From: Octopus vulgaris
Taxonomy: Eukaryota
Length of the DNA stretch: 64,000 nucleotides
Direction of reading: 5' to 3'
Assembly (NCBI GenBank): GCA_951406725.2
Contig: OX597814.1
Coordinates: forward strand, 198,958,001 to 199,022,000
Made by a program: the position numbers and the translations under genes. Positions 1 to 11,294 of the stretch are shown here, one piece after another. The notes under the pieces were generated by a model, which had not been told where the DNA came from, searched no databases, and saw only the letters and a program-made list of their open reading frames with translations. Each line of letters begins with the position of its first letter. The first letter of the stretch is position 1.

Positions 1-213
1 AACTAAATTTTTATAATTAATTTCAAAATTAGTTATGAAATGTACACTTATGCGTAATATCTCAACCACAAACTAAGACAGTGTTGTTCTTAGTATTGTT
101 ATATAAAGAGGATGTCGTGTCACGATTTCACAAAACATACGCAACTACACTCCCACCCAACATACGAGGACATAGACACAAATACGCATACAAACATATA
201 TACACATGACTTA

Positions 214-247
<34 letters not shown>

Positions 248-387
248 TTTATGTAGCAATGCATGTATCTTTTCTTTCTTTCTTTTCGAAAAGGGTACTA
301 AACTGGTTTTTATGTCGCCAAGTTTCGCTGCTGTGCACATACACCAAACCTTTATACGAGTGTGTGTGTGTGTGTGTGTGTGTGTGC

Positions 388-422
<35 letters not shown>

Positions 423-535
423 TGTCTGTCTGTGTGTGTGCTTGTATTATTAAGAAAATTAGTCCAAAAAAGAATCATCTTACTTTGTCCAGACTCATCG
501 GGAGCTGCGCAACAAGAACATCTGGAACATTCAAC

Positions 536-750
536 TACGAAGGGAAGCTGAAGGTTCTTGGCCTTAAGGATATCGCGAAAGGCCTGGTTGAAGGCCCAAA
601 CTTCCACGTTCTTTTACAAAGCTTAGAAAACTGAATGACCGCTACAATAAGTGTGTGAATCTGAGAGGAGAATATGTTAAGTAGAATCATTACTGATCCT
701 CCTGTATTTTCTTTTACCCAAATCCAGGAACTTTTCAGCACCCCGTCGTA
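536..750 (+). mobile_element. Internally deleted mariner element (MITE) retaining the transposase C-terminus
   Basis: Imperfect TIRs: tacgaagggaagctgaaggttcttgg versus the reverse complement of the right end, tacgacggggtgctgaaaagttcctgg; TA at both ends. Positions 579-684 translate (one frameshift) as KAWLKAQTSTFFYK/LRKLNDRYNKCVNLRGEYVK*, matching the mariner C-terminal motif W..Q...FF..GI.KL..RW.KC....G.YVE. Confidence 0.8.
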
Positions 751-795
751 GGTGTTGATAGAAAGATGGACAGATACACGTTTTGTATACATATA

Positions 796-1195
796 GGCGC
801 AGGAGTGGCTGTGTGGTAAGTAGCTTGTTTACCAACCACATGGTTCCGGGTTCAGTCCCACTGAGTGGCACCTTGGGCAAGTGTCTTCTTCTATAGCCTC
901 GGGCCGACCAAAGCCTTGTGAGTGGATTTGGTAGACGTAAACTGAAAGAAGTCCGTCGTATATATGTATATATATATATATGTGTGTGTGTCTGTGTTTG
1001 TCTCCCTAGCATTGCTTGACAATCGATGCTGGTGTGTTTATGTCCCCGTCACTTAGCGGTTCGGCAAAATAGACCGATAGAATAAGTACTGGGCTTACAA
1101 AGAATAAGTCCTGGGGTCGATTTGCTCGATTAAAGGTGGTGCTCCAGCATGGCCGCAGTCAAAATGATTGAAACAAGTAAAAATAAATAAATAAA
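796..1195 (+). mobile_element. SINE family A (tRNA-derived head, CORE-like ggcaccttgggcaagtg segment, internal microsatellite, LINE-like tail), full length
   Basis: A-box-like tggctgtgtggt, B-box-like ggttcagtccc and tail gctccagcatggccgcagtcaaaatgattgaaacaagtaaa. About 20 related copies or fragments occur in the window. Confidence 0.9.
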
Positions 1196-1254
1196 TGAAT
1201 ATATATATATATATATGTGGGTGTCTTAAATGTATTTACTGTTAAATTATTTGA

Positions 1255-1600
1255 TACGAGCACTCAGAGAGCGCAAACCGCCACCAAGGCAACACCAACG
1301 ACCTCCCAACGATTAGCCAGAGATGACTTTCAAAATGAGAATACCTGAAATAAACTCGACTGGTCTCATAAATGAGAATATTCAAAATAAACCTCTTCGC
1401 TCTCAAAAATTACGTGCAAAAAACACCCCCTAAAAGACAATCCAGAATTCTTGTCCGGTACTGCATGGATCTCAGAATCTAATCAGTTCGTGCCAGTCAC
1501 GAGGGAAATCATCCCTGAAAGTTTCATCCGAATCCATCCAGCGGTTCTTGAGTTATCTTTTCCCCGGACAAACAAACATGACTGAAATTAATACCTCCTA
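1255..1600. mobile_element. Non-autonomous Helentron/HINE-like element
   Basis: Starts gagcactcagagagcgcaaaccgccaccaaggc, has core aatctaatcagttc...aagtttcatccgaatccatccagcggttcttgagttatc and short (ACAA) repeats, and ends gaaattaatacctcc. This is the layout of DINE/HINE-type elements as recalled from memory. Confidence 0.55.
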
Positions 1601-2464
1601 TTCTTTAAGCGCTGTCGACGTCAGTTTTTTGTTAGTTTTATAGCCAAACACTTCTTATTTCGAAAATTCAAAGAAATATTTCGTGTCGGTTTTTATTCCT
1701 CATTCTATTTTCCCTCAATATTCACTCTTCACCTTAATATCTCTTATAAGTTATTTTCAATCTTGGTTTTAATTGCAGATCTTTTTAATCGTCTTTTCTT
1801 TTTTGTGTAATTAGATAGAGGACGTACTAAGACTGTTGTTTGTGGAAACGTTTTTAGGAATGAAGTAACAATGTTTTATTTTGAGAGAAGAAAAATTCGT
1901 TAACTTCATAATGGAGGGTCGTGAGTTCAGGGCCAACAAAGGAAGCTGAAAGAAATCAAATATGAGATAGCATTATATACATAAAAGCTGAGTGCAGCAG
2001 ATATAATTCTCTGAACTTATGCGATAAGGAATGATTCTACAAAATGCTGACATGTAACAAAAGTAGCAAAATTAGAAAGAAAAAAAAAAAAAAAACTCGC
2101 TGAAACATAAAGCGATAAAACGTAAAAAGAAGGGAAAAATATTAAAATTCATTATCGAAGTATTTTACTTCATAGATTTGGGAGAAACGTTGAAATAAGC
2201 TGAAATTGTTAAGTGGAATTAAAAGAGGATTTTGATGACAATATCGCTTTTGAATTATAGAGAAGGAAAAACCGAATTTCTTCAAGGAATGTTATATTCC
2301 AAAATTAATAGAGGTCTTTTTTCTTTCCTATGAAAAACAAAACATACGTAGGAAGTCTAAAAATTACACAATTTGATTTGCTGGTAGCGGTTTACTTTGC
2401 TGGTTGTTTCCAGTTTCTGTGTTAGAACGCTTAATTCAATGTGTTTAGTAGATATTCATTTATG

Positions 2465-2925
2465 ATAACTCCTTCATCGGCTTGGACGACGAGCATTCCG
2501 TGCTTCGATCAACTATTCTTTCTACTGGTACTTATTCTGCCTGGTACTTATGTTGTCAATCTCTTACCTATCATCTACGTTACAGGGTCGTAAACAAACC
2601 AACATCCGGTTGTTAAGCGGCGGTCGGGGGAGGGCGCTTAAACATAAACACAAAGACATAACCACACACGTGTGTACGTGATTACACACACACACACACA
2701 CACACACACATCTTTTCCTGAAGTGCTGATAGGGGGAAAACATATTACAAAGATATACACACAATCACGATGGGCTTCTTTTAGTTTCCGTCTATCAAAT
2801 CCACCGACAAGGTGTACGGCGCGACCAGAGGCTATAGAAAAAGACACTTGATCAAGCTGTCACTCAGTATAGAGTGGTAATGAACCCGGTGCCATGTTCT
2901 TACCACACAGCCATGCCCGCGCCTA
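2465..2925 (-). mobile_element. SINE family A, degraded
   Basis: Reverse-strand similarity to 796-1195 (gggcttcttttagtttccgtcta...taccacacagcc). Confidence 0.75.
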
Positions 2926-2930
2926 TATAC

Positions 2931-2980
<50 letters not shown>

Positions 2981-3337
2981 GCGTATGTTCTCTTTCTCTT
3001 TGTAATTTAGAATAAACTTTAACCTTCCACCTACTTGGTAAGAAGATTGTGAAGGAAAGCATCTTGTTTTAAACATCATCCTCTAAATATTAGGAAGGCC
3101 TTGCAGATTTTTATAATCCCGAATATCTTGATCATTTGTAGCGTATAAACTAAGGATTTGCGTCCTCATCTCAACATCCCATGTTCAGCAAGACGGGTTG
3201 GTATGTATCCTTAGCGTTATTAAGAATATAAAAAGAACAAAGTCGGAAAATACTATTCAGGAAAAAATATATTCACAACATAATGAAAATAACTAGAACT
3301 GGTGCCAAGTAACATTCTAATCATGTGATATTTGAAA

Positions 3338-3624
3338 TATACCTTTTCTTCGACTTACGACCGAGTTACGTTCCGACTGACAGGTCGTAGGTCGATCTGG
3401 TCGTATGTCGGATTTATATTTTTCTACACTAATTTCATTCCGGCAACTGATGCTTGAAAGCGACTGAGTGAGAGAGAGTGGCAGGGAGTGGATGTCTGGG
3501 TCTGAGGATGGCCTGCTTTGCCAGATGCGGCCATAGTTATCGTACGCGCAGCCGCCCAACGTCCGATTTTTTTATTTATTCAATGAAAAAAAATGTTGTT
3601 GTCGTAAGTCGTATAGAAGGTGTA
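3338..3624. mobile_element. Tc1/pogo(Tigger)-type MITE
   Basis: 24-bp imperfect TIRs: tataccttttcttcgacttacgac versus the reverse complement tacaccttctatacgacttacgac; TA ends. Confidence 0.7.
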
Positions 3625-3761
3625 TATGGTTTTGAAGTTTATCATCGTAATATATCTAATAGAATCAGCACATATTGAAGTTTAAATGTTCATTTTATGA
3701 AACGTCAAATTAATTTGATGAAGCATTTTATTTATATAGATTAATGGTTCAGATAATTTAA

Positions 3762-3765
<4 letters not shown>

Positions 3766-3805
<40 letters not shown>
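3766..3805. repeat. (GA)n microsatellite
   Basis: Perfect GA run. Confidence 0.95.
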
Positions 3806-3807
<2 letters not shown>

Positions 3808-4374
3808 ATGAATAAATACAAAGAATGAAAATATATGTTATTTGACTTCTAAATTTATGCCACTTCAAAAACGAACAGAAAACATAAAAGTTATCATCTG
3901 AACATTTAATTTAGTTAAAGACAGGTGTATTTCAAAATCATAGCGTTTCTATTATATATGTAGGAATGTGTTGCAAAGCGACTGACAATTCAAAATATCA
4001 CTAGGCAAGATAAAGTAACGTTGTTGTACAACATGTCCCTGTACTATTCTAAGTTATTTACTTAAATAAAATTACTATAATCCAGTATTTCTTTCTTGTG
4101 TGTATTGCAGCTTTTCTCTCTCCGATAATAAATTGAATCATAATTTACTCCCCGACAAGATGTATCATTTTGCAAGTCATATGTGTATGCAATAGTGCTC
4201 CTGGTAAAAAGCAAAACCCATCATATAGGGCTTCACCCCACCTTGAAAAATATATCAGGTCAGCAAAGACTCACCAAAACACTATAAGTTCTGGACCACA
4301 GATACCGTGTCACGATTTTCTGTTCCCGTTTTGATACTACAAGACCTCTGCATATCTAAACTAGGTAATTGCAT

Positions 4375-4475
4375 ACTATTGCTTACAAAGAATAAGTCCT
4401 GGGGTCGATTTGCTCGACTAAAGGCGGTGCTCCACCATGGCCACAGTCAAATGACTGAAACAAGTAAAAGAGACT
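4375..4475 (+). mobile_element. SINE family A 3' fragment
   Basis: gcttacaaagaataagtcctggggtcg...gactgaaacaagtaaaagag. Confidence 0.85.
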
Positions 4476-4847
4476 ATCTCTGTTTACTCAAGCCTCCTTT
4501 ACATAGCCTCTCTCTGTACACCAATCAGTACACTTACGCATCAGTCTCGCTAGGGAAAGTCAACCACATTCATATTTCCACATATCACTTAAATAACCTA
4601 CATTTTTCTAAGTAAGTATTATTATCATATACCTGTAGAACCTCGATGTTTGTTTGTTTGCATGTTCTAAGCTTTTATTTATTTCGTATTAAAAGGAACA
4701 TAGATTAAAAATCAAACAAGATTAATCTGAATATTTTTCGCATATCTCAGCCAATGCGTCTGATACGCACATTGGATTATCATTTACATCGAAACAAGAA
4801 GTATGTCTCTACAACTTATATGCGTGTGGAGCAATAAAAAGAATACT

Positions 4848-5100
4848 AAATGCGCCCTTTTTAAAGCCTAGCCAGGCTCGTGGGCCCGGTTTCCCGGTTT
4901 CTATGGCGTATGTGTTCCCCAGCTGGACTGGACGCCAGTCCATCGCAACGTTACTCATTTTTGCCAACTGAGTAGACTGGAGCAACGTGAAATGAAGTGT
5001 TTTGCTCAAGAACACAACGCGTCGCTCGGTCCAGGAATCGAAACCACAATCTTACGATCATGATGCTGACACCCTAACCACTAAGCCATGCGCTTCCACG
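4848..5100 (-). mobile_element. SINE family C (tRNA-derived), tail variant 1
   Basis: Reverse strand: gcatggcttagtggttagggtgtcagcatcatgatcgtaagattgtggtttcgattcc (A and B boxes) followed by gttcttgagcaaaacacttcatttcacgttgctccagt. Confidence 0.8.
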
Positions 5101-5964
5101 TGTGGAACAATGCTGCTGATAAAACAAAAACCATCCTACAGCGCTCCTTCCTACCATAAAAAAATATAATTTCCGGCTACCTCGAAAATATAATCAATTA
5201 CCGATGCTTTATAAACACAACCTACCCCCTACTTTCCTTGCTGAAAGACAATTTGTGACACACAATTCATGTGTGAACGTGGTTTAAAAGAAAACACTTA
5301 AACGTGAGTGCAGAGAAACATTTGAAGAAGGACAAACACTAATTCAATTTGTTTGGAAAGTAAGGGATTCTTTAATTTCCGTTTATTTAATAAATAAACA
5401 TCCAAAAATACATCAATATAGAGACATATACATAAGTGTGTGAGTGGTTAGGAATTACACTTCGAAATCTAATGACATCTTGTGCCATTGTCTTTAATAT
5501 CCCATCCAGCTGTCCCATAGCTTGTAATTGAAATTGAAGACAAGGAAATTGTATAAAACTCCTTCCCATTGATTATAATTATAATTCCGTAATTCAAAGG
5601 TGCAAACTTATCACGCCGTTACGCTATGTCACACTGATTTATTATAATACATATCACGGTATCGACTAGACTATCGCATGTTCTTATACATTGCTGATCA
5701 CAATGCCCTCCGCATTCTTTTAACTTTCGAATGACGCTTTCTCGCTCGCTAGGTGAGCAGTCCAATATACTTCCAAGTTGGAAGGCTATTCCGTCGCAGA
5801 GTGATCCATTTACAGCTGACTGGCCTGGAGCAATAGGAAAAGAAATATTTTGCTCAAGAGCACAACGAACTTCCCGGTCCTAGAATCGAACCCATGAGCC
5901 AACGATCCTGAGTGCAATGCCCAAAGTACTAGGTCACGCGACTTCACATTATATATATAAATGC

Positions 5965-6300
5965 TGAGACCCCCTTCGGTCAAAACTGATAATGGGATTG
6001 CACCTGGGAAGTTACCCTCCCAGACACAAGTCCGGGTAATGATATTTATGGAAGACTAGCAGTCGTCCATGCATACCGGCCTACCCTCTCCATGCCACCA
6101 GTGTTATCCAAGGGAAAGGCAAGGCCGATACGGCTTGGCACATGTGACGTCACAACGTCACATTTCTACAGCTGAGTGAACTGGAGCAACGTAAAATAAG
6201 TGTCTTGTTCAAGAACACAACACGCAGCCCGGTCCGGGATTCGAACTCACAACCTCACGATCGTAAGCTCGACGCTCTAACCACTGAGCATGCGCCTTCA
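5965..6300 (-). mobile_element. SINE family C, tail variant 2
   Basis: tRNA-like head gctcagtggttagagcgtcgagcttacgatcgtgaggttgtgagttcgaatcc on the minus strand. A same-subtype copy lies at 20053-20400 (+) and an older copy at 5700-5948 (-). Confidence 0.8.
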
Positions 6301-6355
6301 CGCACACACAGACACACATATATACATCTACTTTATTACTGTATGTGTTTATGTG

Positions 6356-6398
<43 letters not shown>

Positions 6399-6509
6399 GC
6401 ATACTTCCTTACTGCTGTCTAAGAACATTCTGATCTTGATAAACAGTCCTGCGATGCCTAAGTTTTCTCTATAGTTTGGTTTATTGGGCTAAATATTTGC
6501 CTATAATAT

Positions 6510-7251
6510 TGAAAGTGAAATCTAAACTTGGTTAACTGAAAGCTTTCAAACGACCTAGTCTCGCAACATATGTCTAAATACAGAAATTCCCCAAACGCCC
6601 TACAACCGCTCTCTGTTGAAATATACTTGGGGCCAAAAATAAATGTTCCAGTGTTTCATTATAGAGAGCGCATTCATTACATTAGTCATTTCAGAAGGTG
6701 AGTTTTCTGTTTCTCAGAGAGATATAACATTCTCTTGAACCATTTTAGAGCTTTAAAGAAATTATATGAATTGGTAAATTCTTAAAGACGCTTGAAATAA
6801 TATCGCTACAGAAGTCGTCACTGTTCACTGGCAAGCAATTTTTAATTACTTTCCAAATGATTTGTTATTAATATTAAGATAAGGAGCAAAGGACTTAAAG
6901 AAAGACTAGTAATGTAGTTATCAACTACAAACATCATGAAGACGCGTCGCGTTCATTATTGATGTTTTTGTTCAAGATACAGAAAAGATAAACATATGAA
7001 AATATGTCACTGCTGTTAGCAATAAATAGGTAAAAATAAGAATGCGTTTTCCCAACACAATACGTTTTCTAATGTGTATGTGTGTGTGTGTGCGTGTGCG
7101 TATGGCCTCTCTATAATGAAACAATGGAACATTTATTTTTGGCCCCAAGAATGCGGTTGTAAGGCGTTTGGGGAATTTTTACATTTAGACGTATGCTACG
7201 AGACTAGGTCGTTTCAAAGCTTTCGGTAAGCCGTATATAAATTCACTTTCA
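6510..7251. repeat. Imperfect inverted repeat (fold-back), arms ~160 bp
   Basis: 6510-6668 matches the reverse complement of 7107-7251 (e.g. cttggggccaaaaataaatgttcca / tggaacatttatttttggccccaag). Confidence 0.9.
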
Positions 7252-7518
7252 TTCCAAACAGACACAGTCCTCTCGTCTTTGATTTAGTAGTTAATAAAAA
7301 GACAAATAAATTAGAAATGAAGCACAATCCTTTACAAGCTATGACTCCAATGGGCTTCATTCCTTTCTTGGAAGTGTAGTATATTCTTAGCTACAATACC
7401 GACAACATGGATTTCTACCATCTTATTTCTATATTGCCCACAGGTGGCTAAACATAGAGGGGACAAGCAAGGACAGACAAAGGGATTAAGTCGATTACAT
7501 CGACCCAATGCGTAACTG

Positions 7519-7565
<47 letters not shown>

Positions 7566-7700
7566 TAGACACATACACTCACATATATATATATATATAT
7601 ATAATATTATATTGTGTGTGTGTGTGTGCGTGTGTGCATTAGAAAATTTAGAAACTTAGAGTTCTTCACCAGGTGCAATTACGGGAAAATAGGAAAATAA

Positions 7701-7853
7701 AACACACAAAATAACTGTCTTCCGGCAAATCTCCATTGTCCACATTGTGTTTTCTTAGCTACCTCAGGCTCTGATTTAATAAGCCATGCTAATATTCATA
7801 TTGAGTTTGGTAACCTCAGGAGTCACATGAGGATCAGCAGACGAATTGAATGA
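7701..7853 (+). pseudogene. Isolated C2H2 zinc-finger coding remnant, probably a retrotransposon C-terminus
   Basis: Translates ...NLHCPHCVFLATSGSDLISHANIHIEFGNLRSHMRISRRIE*, an exact C-x2-C-x12-H-x3-H. There is an in-frame stop just upstream and no start codon. Confidence 0.5.
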
Positions 7854-8082
7854 ATTGTAACCGTTGGTAAATAGTAACAATAGTGATGTGTGTTGTCGAT
7901 TGTCTGGTTAGATTTCTCTCCTCGTTTTCGCTTTCTCGCTAAACACTCATACGACGTCTTCGACGTGAGAATCCGTCATATACATACATACATACATACA
8001 TACATACATACATACATACACACACATACACACCAATATATATAGTATATATATTGGTGTGTGTGTGTATGTATATATATAA

Positions 8083-8312
8083 AGGCGGCAAGCTGGCAGA
8101 AACGTTAGCACGCCGGGCGAAATGCGTAGCCGTATTTCGTCTGCCGTTACGATCTGAGTTCAAATTCCGTCGAGGTCGACACCTTTCATTCTTTCGGGGT
8201 CGATAAATTAAGTACCAGTTACGCATTGGGATCGATGTAATCGATTTAATCCGTTTGTCTGTCCTTGTTTGTCCTCTCTGTGTTTAGCCCCTTGTGGGTA
8301 GTAAAGAAATAT
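8083..8312 (+). mobile_element. SINE family B, monomer
   Basis: Head ggcggcaagctggcagaaacgttag, B-box gagttcaaattcc, central cctttcattctttcggggtcgataaattaagtaccag (resembles Meta/MESC-type SINE domains), tail gccccttgtgggtagtaaagaaa. Confidence 0.9.
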
Positions 8313-8344
8313 ATATACACACACATAAACATACACGCCAATAG

Positions 8345-8522
8345 ATCTCTAGCCACTATACATTCTTTATTTTCTCTCCTTGTTTCTTTCTGTGTTCCTT
8401 TCTGTGGAAGAGCGTAGGCTCGAAACTTTAAAGACTTTTTCACTTCCCTGGCGTTATACTAATACATCTGTTTGTTGTCTACTCCACCTGTCTTCGTCTT
8501 TTGTTTTTTTCGCGAATTCTCC

Positions 8523-8525
<3 letters not shown>
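8345..8525 (+). mobile_element. Repeat family D (microsatellite-associated, hammerhead-like core; probable Penelope pLTR derivative)
   Basis: ctgtggaagagcgtaggctcgaaac...ccacctgtcttcgtctttt. Related copies at 32895, 39795, 42378 (-) and 58754, all next to (TA)-rich microsatellite. Confidence 0.75.
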
Positions 8526-8577
<52 letters not shown>

Positions 8578-9937
8578 ATTCTTGCTAAACCCACTTTCCG
8601 CTTCCTTCAATCATTATATGTATGTTTGTGTGGTGTTTGTGCGTGTATACACACATATACATTAACAAACATACACACGCGTACACGTGCACACATAGAC
8701 ACTCACAAACACTTATGCACAAAGGAGAAAGTTGGCAGGTATTTCAACAATAAAGCTTCCGCTAGATTATCCGTCGGAAACTACAGTACTGAAAATCCAA
8801 AGTAACTATCAACCATTTCCCCTGTTTATATATTATAAGGAAAGAGAGAAAGAGAGAGACAGGGAGAGGGATATAAAGGGTTTAGTACTAAAGACTTGCA
8901 TCTTTACTTCCAAATACTGTTGCACAAGTTTTCAATAAGAATCGTAGATGAAAAAGATAAATGAGACATTGTGTAAGGCTATTCAAATGTAACACTTTAG
9001 CATCATTAGATGATAAATGGTTTACTAAGTGAAATTAAGAGAAACTTTAATGCTCGATTAATCTTCACATAAACGTGTTTTCTGTTGACTTGTTAGCTTT
9101 ACTCAGAACAACGCGCGTCAAAGAAAGCTATTAAAGGAAGGCGAACAATGATTCATGTAAATGTATTGAGCACTTCCTGCACGAACTTTAGCTTTTCAGG
9201 TAATTTGATATTTTTTGGAGAGAAACATAGGAACGTAGGTAATTGCTGTTAAACATACACCTACATATGTATGTAAATTTGTATGTAATGTGTAATTATG
9301 TAGGTTTGTTTATATAAAGAAACAAGAAGCTGGTCAAATTGGTGATATGCTGCTCTTTTAGAGAATAAAACATTCATCTTGTCTCATTATAGCTAACAGC
9401 GAAAGCAAGGTTCGTACTTTTCTAAGTGAACCTCTCCTGTGACTTGTCTTTGCTTTAAATTGTAGTTTTGTGTAGATATATCGACGGCGGGTCTTGTGAT
9501 TGAACGATCGTGTTTGTCCACTGAATGTTGGTAAATAAAAGATCCATTATATAGGGATACACACAGATAAGTAGGGATAGTGGTACAACAATGCACCAAT
9601 ATTTACTGGAAATAGCCGTCGATAATATATAACGCTATAGTAAAGCTTCACTGTATATATATGTATATGTGTGTGTGTGTATGTGTGTACCACTATCTTA
9701 TTTATACTTTAACCTCATGGTGCTTTGTTTTACTGGGAAGCAATACTACTGTATTGCAGGATTTAATAATTTTTTCTTAGATATACAGATATGCATATTT
9801 TGTATGCATACATGCACGTCATTATTCAGTTTATTGTGAGATTTCTCGTATGTATGTATCTGTCTCTGTCTGTTATCCATCTATTAATCTATCTACCATA
9901 ACTGACTAAACAAACACACACACACACACACACACAT

Positions 9938-9972
<35 letters not shown>

Positions 9973-10124
9973 GTGAGAGAGAGGGGGACAGATACATGAA
10001 TAGATAGAAAGATGTAAAGATAAGCAAGTTCGACAGATCAATATATAAAGTTTTACTATATTAATTCTTGAAATACAAGAAATATATGCAAAATAAAAGA
10101 AATGTATACAAAAATGTATATATA

Positions 10125-10505
10125 GGTGCAGGAGTGGCTCTGTGGTAAGAAACTTGCTTCCCAACCACATGGCTCCGGCTTCAGTCCCACTGTGTGGCAC
10201 CTTGGGTAAGTGTCTTCTACTATAGCCTCAGGCCGGCCAAAGTCTTGTGAATGGATTTGATAGACTGAAACTGTAAGAAGTTCATCGTATATATATGTAT
10301 GTTTGTGTTTGTTACCCGAACATCGCTTAGCAACCGATGTTGGTGTGTTTACGTCTCCGTAACTTAGCAGTTCGGCGTAAAAGACCGATAGAATAAGTAC
10401 TAGGCTTACTAAAAATAAGTCATAGGGTAGATTTGTTCGACTAACCACGGTGCTCCAGCATGGCCGCAGTTAAATGATTGAGGCAAGCAAAAGAAAAGAA
10501 TAAAA
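10125..10505 (+). mobile_element. SINE family A
   Basis: Full head-to-tail match to the family. Confidence 0.9.
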
Positions 10506-10902
10506 TGTTTTCATCCAAAAAAGATCCGACTTACGCAGAATACAAATGAAATATTGGATTAAAATGGTTGAAGAAATGTATTACAAATTCGACTGCGGTT
10601 TCTGGAGGCTCGGCGTCCCAAAATAATGTTTGCAGATTGATTTCACTAGTTAAGTGTCCTCTAATACACCTAGCTCTCCACAAAATCATTCCATCTTTGA
10701 ACTTCTTTCCTTTAACACCTCAAATGTACGATATCTTCCCTGAAGACGGAGGCTCGTCTCATTCTATGATGGAAACAATTTACAAACATTATTTTGAAAC
10801 GCCGAGTCCCCAGAAACAGCTGTTAGATTTGTAATACTATTCTTCAACCTCTTTTAATCCACTATACATTTGTATTCTGTGTAAGTCAGACATTTTTGTA
10901 TA

Positions 10903-11294
10903 CTCTTTTACTTGTTTCAGTCATTTGACTGCGGCCATGTTGGAGCACCGCCTTTTGTCGAGCAACTCGACACCGGGACTTATTCTTTGTAAGCCCAGTA
11001 CTTATTCTATCGGTCTCATTTGCCGAACCGCTAAGTTACGGGGGACGTAAACACACCAGCATCGGTTGTCAAGCAATGCTAGGGGGACAAACACAAACAC
11101 ACACACACACATACATATATATACATATATACGACAGGTTTCTTTCAGTTTCCGCCTACCAAATCCACTCACAAGGCATTGGTCGGCCCGGGCTATAGCA
11201 GAAGACACTTGCCCAAGGTGCCACGCAGTGGGACTGAACCCGGAACCATGTGGTTGTTTAGCAAGCTACTTACCACACAGCCACTCCTGCACCT
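10903..11294 (-). mobile_element. SINE family A
   Basis: Full-length, close to the other well-preserved copies. Confidence 0.9.

Noticed and set aside
677-1012. Recurrent ORFs with FRLPNPLTRLWSARGYSRRHLPKVP or RPRKDERQSRPRRNLNS peptides resembling a gene family
   Set aside because: Antisense translations of SINE A and SINE B.
9393-9640. Non-repetitive segment with open frames on the minus strand (possible terminal exon)
   Set aside because: No recognisable protein and weak splice signals; cannot be supported without transcripts.
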